Below, one piece after another: positions 1 to 10,185 of a stretch of 64,000 nucleotides of DNA. The stretch is from Eukaryota sp. TZLM1-RC. Lineage: Eukaryota; Protista; Metamonada: BaSk clade. Position numbers and translations under genes: made by a program. The stretch lies in assembly GCA_040285825.1 (NCBI GenBank), contig JAUPSS010000005.1, forward strand, positions 1,674,001 through 1,738,000, written 5' to 3'. Position 1 is the first letter of the stretch, and the number at the start of each line of letters is the position of its first letter. A model generated the notes under the pieces. It did no database searches and was not told the DNA's origin. It worked only from the letters and a program-made list of their open reading frames with translations.

Positions 1-857
1 TCTACAGAGGGTGAAGGCAAATTGGAGAGGTCAAAACCATTCTCATTACAATTTTGACCTATCAAGTCATCATTCTGAGCTGTAATGTCATAATTTTGAT
101 GAACTACGTCATCATTTTGACCAGTAACATCATATTTTTGATCTTCTATGGAGAGACTCCTTGACCTTACCTCAATGTCTTCAAAAACAGAACCCTCGTC
201 TTCAATCTTGGTGATGTCATCATATTGACTAATCACGTCATCATTTTGGGCCGTAACATCATCATTTTGACTGGTAACGTCATCATAACTACGATCAATA
301 TCAATAGGAACTTTTTCAAAAATTCGTGACAGATCATCAATCAAATCATCACATTTTTGCACCAAGAATTCGACCTCTTCACCGTCAGATTTAGTTTTAC
401 TTTCAATTGTACTGATAAGGGAGGAAATAGAGAAAACATGCTCATTGCACTCTGAATGGAGAACAAGATCTTCACTATTCATTGCAGCCTCTATACCTGC
501 CTCAAACTTGGTTTGTGCTGTGAGAAGGGTCTGTGAGGTCTTCTTGGACAGGGATCTCTCTTCATTTTGTAGGTGGGTCGAAATTTGGGTAAGGTCTTTG
601 ATAATGTTTTCGTGATCAAAAGGAAGTGATGCAGTGGTGGTATCGTTAGCGTCTTTCCATAAAGAGAACTCGGCAGTAATGTCGTTGATGACCTCACGAA
701 AACGGTCTATTGTAATGGAGAGCTCCTCTCTGTCAGACAGAAGGGATTGGAGGACAAGATAAACATCGTTGAAGTGAGATTTAGATTCAGCAACTGGATC
801 TAGGGGTTCTTTAGATGGTACAATGATACTGAGCTTGTGTTTAGAAGGACTGCTCAT
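1..857 (-). CDS. Partial CDS running off the left edge; hypothetical protein with acidic 7-aa repeats
   Basis: Manual translation from ATG 857 (MSSPSKHKLSII...) is open to position 1; contains YDDVTSQ/NDDVTAQ/NDDVISQ-type repeats. Absent from the ORF track because there is no stop in the window. Confidence 0.8.
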   Translation of the reverse strand, partial: MSSPSKHKLSIIVPSKEPLDPVAESKSHFNDVYLVLQSLLSDREELSITIDRFREVINDITAEFSLWKDANDTTTASLPFDHENIIKDLTQISTHLQNEERSLSKKTSQTLLTAQTKFEAGIEAAMNSEDLVLHSECNEHVFSISSLISTIESKTKSDGEEVEFLVQKCDDLIDDLSRIFEKVPIDIDRSYDDVTSQNDDVTAQNDDVISQYDDITKIEDEGSVFEDIEVRSRSLSIEDQKYDVTGQNDDVVHQNYDITAQNDDLIGQNCNENGFDLSNLPSPSV

Positions 858-1421
858 GGTAGTATAGCTGGATCTTGAAGAAATATTTATTTGATTAAAC
901 AACCATTTTTGTTCACACTGAAGGTATTTTACGTTGGATAAGTTGTGTCAGGAATAGATCAATAATTGATAACCTCAATTTAAAACTCATCAAAGGCATT
1001 TACAAAATGATCGATTTTAGTTGGTATCTGACCAATAAAAACAGAGAAATTTGGCTATTATATTATGTTAGGATTGTCCTAGTTCAGTCCAGGTTCGAAG
1101 ATGTTGGGTTCAGGTTCCGAACCAGTTCTGAACCAGTTCACCGATTCTCTTTGTCTAATGTTTTTCATTGTTTATAATTCGGTTATTACAGTGACATAAA
1201 GTGAATATAAATTATCCAATAGTTAATATGCTTAATTTTTGTTTTATTTGTCATAACACAGCCTTATAAAGGCCATCACTAGTGAAGTGGTGAAAAAAAA
1301 GAATTAAAATAGTAAAAGGTTTATAACCAACATAATCAGAGAATTCTGGCTTGAAAACCAAATTATGAATCCGGGTTCACATTCTAATAACATCGTTGTA
1401 CAAATCATTACATAAACATCC

Positions 1422-1952
1422 CTACATCATCCCTGCCAAATACTCATTCAAAAAATTACCCAGTCTAATGTATGACTCACCATCAGGATGAACAGAGTCC
1501 ACCAACACTGGAGAAACGTTCTCCACCCATCTAACAAACTTAGTTGAATCGATCTGACTACACATTGACTCATATTCATTGTTCAATTCGGTGGAAAAAT
1601 CAAATTCTTCCCCATATCGAGATGCTGGAAGAGGCGGAATCTCTAGCAACAAAATAGTACTATTGGGTGATGTTTTGGCCAGTTTTTCTATCAACCACTT
1701 AACATTTGCAGTAATGATGGAGACGGACTGGCCTTGAAGTAAGTTGTTTGTTCCAATAAGCACAATGAACACATCTACGTTTTGACACTGAGAATCAAGC
1801 AGGGTATGTAAATGCTGTGATGTGTAACCAGGTACAGAAGCAGAAGTGACGGAAAACTGTTTTAACTGCTTCCAATAGGGAGTACAGTGGTCATTTCTTT
1901 CAGGTAGTGTGTAGCCCCATGTTAGGCTATCCCCAAGACAGTGTACACGCAT
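1422..1952 (-). CDS. SGNH/GDSL-family hydrolase
   Basis: Block I GDSLTWG, block III IGTNN, block V DSVHP. Confidence 0.9.
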   Translation of the reverse strand: MRVHCLGDSLTWGYTLPERNDHCTPYWKQLKQFSVTSASVPGYTSQHLHTLLDSQCQNVDVFIVLIGTNNLLQGQSVSIITANVKWLIEKLAKTSPNSTILLLEIPPLPASRYGEEFDFSTELNNEYESMCSQIDSTKFVRWVENVSPVLVDSVHPDGESYIRLGNFLNEYLAGMM

Positions 1953-2269
1953 CTATCGAATGAAGGTAGTTTTCAAAAATTAAATTAAATTTCTCATCTT
2001 GAAATATAACAGGGAGAAGAATGGATAGAGCATGATGTTCTCTGTCTCCAGCTGAATGAGACAACGTGTGGCATCAGTACAATGAATTCACACATCAAGA
2101 GTCAAAATAAATGCAATGTTGAGTTTTCAAAATGTGCTTCCGCCTTTGAACATTCTATCTTGTTTTCTGTTGTGCTTTCGTGATTGATAGTATTATTTGG
2201 GAAGTAACCACCACTCAGTATTCTAATTTCGTGTCTGATATGTCATTTTTGGTTGGTCAAACTTTCAAT

Positions 2270-2396
2270 TGTAGGTATCTCACTAGTGAGTACCTAAGTA
2301 TATTGAATAACATTGAATACAATTATTTTTATCTTAACCCGCCTTAACTAACACACTAACCCATACATACGGCTAGCATAATGCCTAACGGCAACA
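2270..2396 (+). mobile_element. Solo LTR (127 bp) of the short-LTR element group
   Basis: TG...CA ends; 4-bp TSD CAAT at 2266-2269 and 2397-2400; shares TTTTATCTTAACCC and the 3' end CCTAACGGCAACA with the LTRs at 45369/48075. Confidence 0.8.
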
Positions 2397-2859
2397 CAAT
2401 GTGGTTTTCGGACACTTTTTGTCATAAAACAATACAATATGAACATGCTGTCCAAACGTTTCACTGCTTTGATTTATTTTCGTGGTTTTTCTCTGAACAT
2501 ATATGCTAGTTATCCATTTGAGCTCTCTTTTAAAAGAGGTTAGTGGAATTTGGTGAAATCCTTCAAGTACTCCAATAAATCAAAACTGAAGAGTTGACAC
2601 TATCATTCATCAAGTTCAACTGCAAACGTGACCACTTATCAAATAAACAGTGTCAAGTTTTCGAAATTGTCCAGTTCAAACATTAATGAAATCACCTCAG
2701 AAATTTTGTGTTTGGTGAACAGTCAATTCCAGAAATGATTATTCTAATAAAGCGATTAGTTGGACGTTGGTGCAAGTAGATGTTTTTCCATCAATCGCCA
2801 AAAATTAATACCTTGTTACAGACACTAAATTTATGTTTTAAGTGTTTTGTATTTGTTTT

Positions 2860-4303
2860 TGAACTCAATTTTCGATAAAATTGACCGAATGATGAATTGA
2901 GATATACAGAAACATATCAAATTTACCATTATAAGACTGTGTTTTAGTTCCAACTTCAATCATATATTTCGATCTACAAATCCTCTTGTCAGTAGGCCTT
3001 AGGCTCAGAAGTTTAATCAATTACGTGCAAAAGTTTTGTCACAATTACTGGGATGCAAAATGTTCCAAATTCCAGACCATGCTTACCTTAGTCCACATTA
3101 TGGCGGTTTGGGGTGGACGAAGGCTTCTATTTTTACCTCGTGTGATTTTATTGGTGGATGCAGAAATGCAATCTTTGAGTTTTCCGAAAGATTTGCAGAT
3201 TGGGAAGATTTATTGATGACAACGCAAAGTTCCACTGTTTTTGCATTAAATGAAGAAATTTCAAGAATTGATGTAGAAAAATGGGGTCGATGTTTTCCCC
3301 AATCATTCAATGGCAATATCCCAGAAAAAAATGTTTTAAATTTGAAGTACACTCTTCGAACATTACAGAAAAGATTGACTGGAATGTATGAAAAAGATCT
3401 TTATAATAATATATGCAGCTCGGCTGTTTTAAATCAAGATCTTCACTCATTGTTATTGGAAAAGGGTGTTTGTGAAAACAAGTCGTCAGATTCTTCACTT
3501 TTTGTAACCATTGTACCACGAAGATTTGGATTGTGTGCCACTAATGAAGCATTTGTAACAAAAATGAGATTATATTTGAACATCCCCATTAACCAATTAT
3601 TATCAAAAGAAAAATGTATTTGTTCGAATTCACCTCAACTCACTTTGCGCCATGCTCTGAATTGCTCTAAATTGATAACTTATCGTTCTGCATTACATGA
3701 TGCTGTTAGAGACACTGTTTTCAATATGGCACAAACTGCAAGAATATCGTGTATCAAAGAGTCCCTGCTGAAGGACACACTTTCTCTGAATAATTTTGGT
3801 TCTGATGATAGAGGTGATGTATACAGTGATTGGATTGATAATTCTGAAGCTATTGTTGACTTTGTCTCATGCAATGTTGCAAATGATACTTTGTTTCACA
3901 GAAGAAAACTTAATCCTGTGGCTGCTCTGGATTTTAAAGCAAAAGAGAAACATAGAAAATACGATAAAGATATTGAGCAGGCTAAAGTCGATAGAAATAC
4001 ACAGCTGGTCTTTATTGCTTTCCCATTTTCGATAAATGGAAGATTATCAGGAGAAGCAGTAACTTCTTTGAATGATTTACAATCAATGGTTCAAGAAAAA
4101 ACAATGAAAAGATTGGATATCTTTTTATGATGCTCTCGAATTCAATTTGCCATAAATAATAGATTGCCTCGATATTTCATTTGAATAAGAGAAGCTTTTG
4201 TTAGACAGCAAGCAGATCAAAATTTTGTGCAGGAAATCTTGGTTCCAATGATAGTCGTCCCATTAGTTATGAATTAATTTAATTGAGTGTACAAGTTCAA
4301 TAC
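2860..4303 (+). mobile_element. 5'-truncated RLE-type non-LTR retrotransposon, family A (decayed)
   Basis: Post-RT region, C-x-C..H..C zinc motif, HDAVRD, RGD..D..KEKHRKY endonuclease motif; premature stops after 4130; 3' UTR GTCGTCCCATTAG shared with other family A copies. Confidence 0.9.
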
Positions 4304-4362
4304 ATGTTTAATTGACTTTGTATTGTTCTTATTTGAGACTGTGTATTTACTATTAACACGAT

Positions 4363-5090
4363 TTATTCCTGTTTCAATGAAGACCCATCTAATGGACGTA
4401 AACCTCGTACATCATCCAAGAATATGGTAAACCCAACAGTGGCTGCTAACAAGAGGAGAGTATCGCCATAATACTTCAACACAAACACACTATACACAGA
4501 AAAAACAATAGAAAACAGTGAAAGAACTAGTAGAATCACATTACCCAAAAGGCCTCTCTTGCTGGCGGTGATCAACACTCCCAAGCTTAGCAAAGCAGCG
4601 GGAGAGGGCCAACCAAAAACACCAAGATGAGACATTTTACGGGTAATGACCAAAGATAGCAACCCAAACCAAAGAATTCCCGTATAGCTGCAAATGACAC
4701 CAACGAGTTTTCGCCTTGGTGAACGATGTACACGATAAACCATACGTGGAGACAGACGGAATGCTTCAAGGAAGAAAAGAATGCTGACCACAGTGGGACC
4801 TTGGATCAATGAAAGTACAAACTAAACACACCAGCAATGATCGCCACCCAGAGAGCATTTACTCTATGTGGGTGGGGAATGAACCAAAAGAACAAAGCCC
4901 CCAGTAAATGAAGAATACCGAGGAGAAAGGATATCGTCCGACGTACTGGTTTAGAATCAACATAAAGCGATATTGTTGTGACGGAAAAATAGAGAACTGG
5001 AAGTACGACCCGGGTCAACCAGTGTCTAAACACTAGCTCGTTAAGTCCTTGTATGCTTTTAAACAGTACTTTGATGGTGAGGGGTGCCAT
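4363..5090 (-). CDS. Multi-pass membrane protein, two exons (5090-4832, 4799-4363), about 231 aa
   Basis: Two overlapping hydrophobic ORFs are joined in frame (..IIAG|PTVV..) by removing a 32-nt GT-AG intron at 4800-4831. Confidence 0.75.
4800..4831 (-). other. Spliceosomal intron, 32 nt
   Basis: GTGTGT...CATTGATCCAAG; removal restores the reading frame. Confidence 0.75.
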
Positions 5091-5451
5091 TGGACGGATA
5101 AACTGTAAACCTAGAAGTGATTTATTCTCTCACTAAACAATTTCGTTGGAATGAACATGGGCAAGCAGTAGACTGAAGACGGCAATTTTATGTGTTACAT
5201 GAACAGAAAAAATGGTGTAACATGGAACGAAATCTGATTTGTTCTAAAAACCGGTACAGATTGAATGTAGATGACTGATACCAAACATAATAACTTATTT
5301 ATTCAATGTGGTTGAATCACAAAGAACTATTGGTAAAAAGCAAATAAACACCTCTTAAAACTCAATATTGAAACTCTAATTGTAGTTTAATATACAGAAA
5401 AATTAAAAAAAATTAGACATGTTGTATATTGAAATACAAAATGGTGCATCA

Positions 5452-6338
5452 TCAACTCCTTCTATTACGTTTTGGCCTGTTGATCAAACTTGCCCCACGA
5501 GTGGTTTGTCTGGAAGTGGAGGAAGTTTGTGGTAATGGTTTTTTTTGCTCAACAGAGGGCGATTCCTTGATAACATCATCAATGGTTTTGAAGACAAAAT
5601 CCTCTGGTAATCTTCTCGGTGGATTGTGCACAGCGAGATAGGGTGATTTCTCCGCAAGCTGGGCTCCTTCCTGGGTTCCCAGATTGATACCTATAGAGGT
5701 GAAACACTCAGATCCATAGGGAGTGAGAGAAACAAGATTGTGTTTACGTTTAACAAGTTCAGAGTTTGATAAAACTTCATCAATATGTGACTGCCAGTTT
5801 GAATCAAGTTCTCCACAATAAAAAACAGTTTTGAGATCAGATGCAAGTATTGGCAGGCCCTTGACAGCGGTACGTACCATCTCCAGAGTGGTAGGGTGTT
5901 CAAAGAACCTCAAAGCTGCACAGACCATTTCTGTGTAGCTAAGAAAACACCAATTCTCAGGTAAATAACTTCGGAAGAAACTACTTCGAGGAGGTGGTTG
6001 GGACTGTGGAACTGGAGCTGACGGCGTTATATTCTTGGGCTGTGGTTCTTCAGCACTGATTTGTTCAATGACTTCCACTCCAGCTTTTTCTTCAGCTACA
6101 GCTACAGAGGAGTTGACGCGTTTTAACACTGTATCAAGCTTCTTATTCAGTTGACGAATGTTTGTTTTCATGGACTTATCTAACTGTTGAATCGATTCTT
6201 GAAGTTCATTAAGGAGTGCATCTGCACTGGATTTGTCTAGCGATTGATGATTGCCTCTGGGTATCAGGGTGTTCATCACCTGTTGTCTTTGAGAAACTCA
6301 ATTTTGGTAACAAAACTCTTTCTTATTGTTTCCAACAT
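5452..6338 (-). CDS. Hypothetical nuclear protein: coiled coil plus possible winged-helix (forkhead-like) domain; start uncertain (ATG 6276, or ATG 6338 with a 23-nt intron at 6257-6279)
   Basis: 275-aa ORF; SYTEMVCAAL...NWQSHIDEVLS resembles forkhead helices 1 and 3; basic C-terminus. Confidence 0.6.
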
Positions 6339-6362
6339 CAAGGGTATCTGAAATTCTTGGAG

Positions 6363-8105
6363 ATGGAAGTGCCTCCTTCTCCAGAAATCTCTGCATCCAG
6401 CTTCACTACTTATAGCATCCCTTCTTTCTCTCATGTACCTGGATTTGATGATGTTGCAGATGAATCATTATTTACTTCTGATTTCCCAGCACAAGACATA
6501 GTTCCCCACACATCGTCAACCCAACCACTCTCTTCCTTTCAAAAATCAAAACGTGCCTCCAAACTAATGGCCACTCTGGGTTACATTCATGGTTCTGGGC
6601 TAGGTCCTCAGGGACGTGGAATGCTCGAACCAATAGGAACCAAGATAAGCACCACTACCACCAAGGGTTTGTCGCTTGATCATGTGAAGACCCAAATACC
6701 ATCACTGTATAAAGAATTAAAATCAATCAAATCTTTTAAAAAAGGATCTCCACTGTCGATTATTGATTTAGAAACTTATTTGAATAATAGTGAATGTCCA
6801 ATTGATGATGAAAATGAAAATGTTGAACTCTTTAATCTCGAAGATTGGAAATTTGGTGACTCACAGCATTTGTACAAATTGGTGAGTTTTATAGAAGATG
6901 ATGTTATTGGTGACGTCAACAAAGTCAAAAATCAGAAGAATAGTGTTGAAAATCAGTTACAGTCACTACGGTTGGCCAAGGAATCGAAGGAAAAGTCAGT
7001 CGAAATCTTAAAGTCTACCGTTGACGATTTGGATGACGTCATCAGTTACCTTGAAAATTTGGAAAAGAGGTCGAGTTTTGAACTTGATTATTTTGATAAC
7101 GTGATTGATTTTGTTATTTTGATGCAAACTAAGATACCTGAAATATTCCAAAAATTTTCTTTAATTCACTCAATATATCCGCTGTTGACCAAATTTTTAG
7201 CTAATTTCTATTCTGACTGGGATGTTTTGATTGATGGTCAACGGGGTTTTTCTCAATGGGTCAAGTTATACAAGACTTGCATTGAAAATGAACCGACAGG
7301 ACGAATATTTCAGGAAATGTCGATGGTGGGTGTCGAGGGATCAACAGAAGATCGAATGGTCTATAATGAATTATTTAGAAGTTTTATTTTTAAAAAATTT
7401 CATCATTATTCAAAAAATATAGGTGATTTATTTGGTTTTTTCAGGTTTGCGGTTTGTCTATCTCAATGGGGACCACTTTTTCCATCAAATTTGATTGGAT
7501 TGATTGAGTCGACAATAACTTCCTCTTTTGGAAAATTTCTTGTCGATCTTAAATTTGAAGTCAATCTCGAAAACTTTAATCAAATTTTTGAAATTTTGAG
7601 TATTTTCAAGGACACTTTTGAGCTCAAAGCATCATCAGATCAGCTCTCGTATCACGTGATTTCATTTTTGACCGCCTTATTTGACCGAAAACCAGGTTTT
7701 TCAACATTTATTGTTTCGAATTTTTCTCTTTTTTCACAGCTCAAGTCTTTTTTATTACCTAGATATTGGACTAAATTTGTGAATACAGTCCTTATACCAT
7801 CTATAGTAAAGATATCTAACTGTGTCGACGGAAGCTTGCTCAATCATGAATTGATTGATTACTTATCTGATTGGTCAAGATTTGTCAATGATGTTAAAAT
7901 GGTCGTTGGTGAAAAGATTATTCCAAAACTTGTAGCTTATTCTAAATTTTTGGTAGAGGAGATCATTTCTGACCGTGTTGATGTGTCGATTGTTTTTGAT
8001 TGGTATAGTTATTGGAAAACTAACTGTGATTATTTATTCAAAGATTCTACATTTCAATCAGAATTAAAACCAATTTTAATTAATTTCATCACTATTTTGA
8101 AATAA
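6363..8105 (+). CDS. G-patch protein, TFIP11/Ntr1 (Spp382)-like spliceosome disassembly factor
   Basis: G-patch KLMATLGYIHGSGLGPQGRGMLEPI, coiled coil, then a helical GCFC-like region ending WYSYWK; first ATG at 6363. Confidence 0.7.
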   Translation: MEVPPSPEISASSFTTYSIPSFSHVPGFDDVADESLFTSDFPAQDIVPHTSSTQPLSSFQKSKRASKLMATLGYIHGSGLGPQGRGMLEPIGTKISTTTTKGLSLDHVKTQIPSLYKELKSIKSFKKGSPLSIIDLETYLNNSECPIDDENENVELFNLEDWKFGDSQHLYKLVSFIEDDVIGDVNKVKNQKNSVENQLQSLRLAKESKEKSVEILKSTVDDLDDVISYLENLEKRSSFELDYFDNVIDFVILMQTKIPEIFQKFSLIHSIYPLLTKFLANFYSDWDVLIDGQRGFSQWVKLYKTCIENEPTGRIFQEMSMVGVEGSTEDRMVYNELFRSFIFKKFHHYSKNIGDLFGFFRFAVCLSQWGPLFPSNLIGLIESTITSSFGKFLVDLKFEVNLENFNQIFEILSIFKDTFELKASSDQLSYHVISFLTALFDRKPGFSTFIVSNFSLFSQLKSFLLPRYWTKFVNTVLIPSIVKISNCVDGSLLNHELIDYLSDWSRFVNDVKMVVGEKIIPKLVAYSKFLVEEIISDRVDVSIVFDWYSYWKTNCDYLFKDSTFQSELKPILINFITILK

Positions 8106-8419
8106 TATTTTATTATTTTCTCCTTTGACTTGAACCAAAGGAGCTACGAGTTTTGATCATAACAATTCCTTGTCCACTCGAATGAAATTATAGCTATTTT
8201 ATCCAAGCAACCACTGGGAGTTGATCCTCTTGACTAAGAGTAATTAACAATAAGTAATTTTAGGTGGTTTTTCACCACCTTTTATCTTTGGTGGTGAAGG
8301 GGACAATGGAAGTTGTTTTGTATTTTTAAGTGTTGACTTTTGTTTTTTTTGCCTTTGTCATTAATCTTAAAAATAAAATTAATAAAGTGCCTTTAATAAA
8401 ACCATTAATTACTCTCATT

Positions 8420-8974
8420 TTATTTATTGTTTTCATCAGCCAAAGCCTTTTCAATCTCAGCCTCTAGGTCAGGGTCAATGTACTCATCTCCTTCACTCTC
8501 GCTGATAGAATCAAGATCAAGCTCTTTAGGGTCCTCAATGTTTAAGGACGGTGAGTCGTCATTCTTCGACTGGATAATCTCATGGCGAACATCGTAAATC
8601 TTGCACAAAATGCGTTTCCAAAACATTTGCTCAGTGAGTTTTCGTGGAACAAACCAAAGCCGCAAATGTCGAAGGGAAGGTATTTCATTTAGAAGAGCGA
8701 CTAATAATGTAGTATTTGATGATATGTTAATGTTACAGGATGCTTCCAGTTCATGAGGTACGTTGGCGGTATCAATGTCATCTGCAAGATCTCGTATCCT
8801 CTCCTTGATGGAAGCTGATATATCTGACGGGCAATTCTCCCATGGTAGAACAGGTTTAGGTGTAGTGGGATGTGGGGAGCTTTCCGGAGGTTTGTCAAAG
8901 AATCTTTTTGCTGTATTGGCTGTCTCTGTGACAGTTGCGGTCACGGACTCCTTGACTTTGGAAAACCAACTCAT
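8420..8974 (-). CDS. BSD-domain protein
   Basis: LRHLRLWFVPRKLTEQMFWKR matches the BSD signature; acidic tail. Confidence 0.8.
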   Translation of the reverse strand: MSWFSKVKESVTATVTETANTAKRFFDKPPESSPHPTTPKPVLPWENCPSDISASIKERIRDLADDIDTANVPHELEASCNINISSNTTLLVALLNEIPSLRHLRLWFVPRKLTEQMFWKRILCKIYDVRHEIIQSKNDDSPSLNIEDPKELDLDSISESEGDEYIDPDLEAEIEKALADENNK

Positions 8975-10185
8975 ATGTCAATAAAAGGGGAACAGTACAA
9001 AGATATCCTCCAGAAATTATTCAATTCCTTTCATATTATTATTGAACATGCACACTTAATTAAATTAACTCATAACTAATGGGAATTCCTTACATTAAAT
9101 ATCTTCTGAATTTTCTTATTCAAGTATATTTATTCCAAAGAAAAACAATAATTACCTCCGATGATGATCTTCCTACAATGATTCAAAAAGACATTTCACA
9201 ATATTGTTTTCATATTGACAGTTTTATTCACTAAGTTTAAAGAATTTGGATGTTGCCAATACACTAAACTAATGTCACTTGACTGCTATCTGATCTTCTA
9301 GTGTCCACCTACGAGTTACAACTCGGATGTGCACAAACTCACTTTCAGTCCATAGCAAATTGAACTCAATAATAAAGACTATTCTAAAACCATAGTAATG
9401 AAACTAAATTTTTAAGGTCTATTTATTTTCAAAAGATATATTTTATGAAGTTATGAGTTTTAATTAATTGTGCCCTTATCAGATATCAATTTTTTCAAAT
9501 CCTCGTTCTACACAGTGGCATGAATGATTTCAAAATATCATTGGAGTTTATGCTGCTAATTTGTTGTTCTATAGCTACGTAACTTGATCAAATCTTGACC
9601 AGGTCAACCCATTTATGAATGTGTGTCTGATTCAGAGCTGTAACGGTCAAATGTTAAACATTACACATGTTGTTGCTGTAAGTGGTGAAGTTTCGATAAA
9701 TTACTGTGATAGAGTGTATTCATTTTGCTCTGATTCTATTTCCGTCTGAAAGCGATAACAGAGTATTTTAAAATAATTGACTTTTATCAAAAAGTGTGTT
9801 TTTTACAAGAGATAGAAACATCTTGACTGGACACTGCAATTACAATAATAATTTCAACTACTTAATGATTCTTCAGACACCCAAGTTGTGGCTAGTTTCA
9901 GCACTTTGCGATTTTCAATCCTGTGAAGTTATTACTTGTAGTTGAAAGTTCCTTCCCAAATCTACATGATATTCTGAACAACATTAAATGTCCATTACTT
10001 GTTCGCTTCCCGTCAAAAGATACCTGACAAGCGCAGCAACTCATCCGTTTTTCGAATTATTGACATTATTATTTCGCATTGTTAGGAGTAGAACAGGATT
10101 CCATTTTGAAAATAATGAACAATTCCGAATATACTACATGAACTCTAGTCTTACATAGCAAATAATGAAATAAATAAATAAATCA

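Noticed and set aside
1069-1388. GGTTC/GAACC-rich segment as a possible MITE
   Set aside because: Terminal inverted repeats are weak, there is no TSD, and no second copy occurs in the window.
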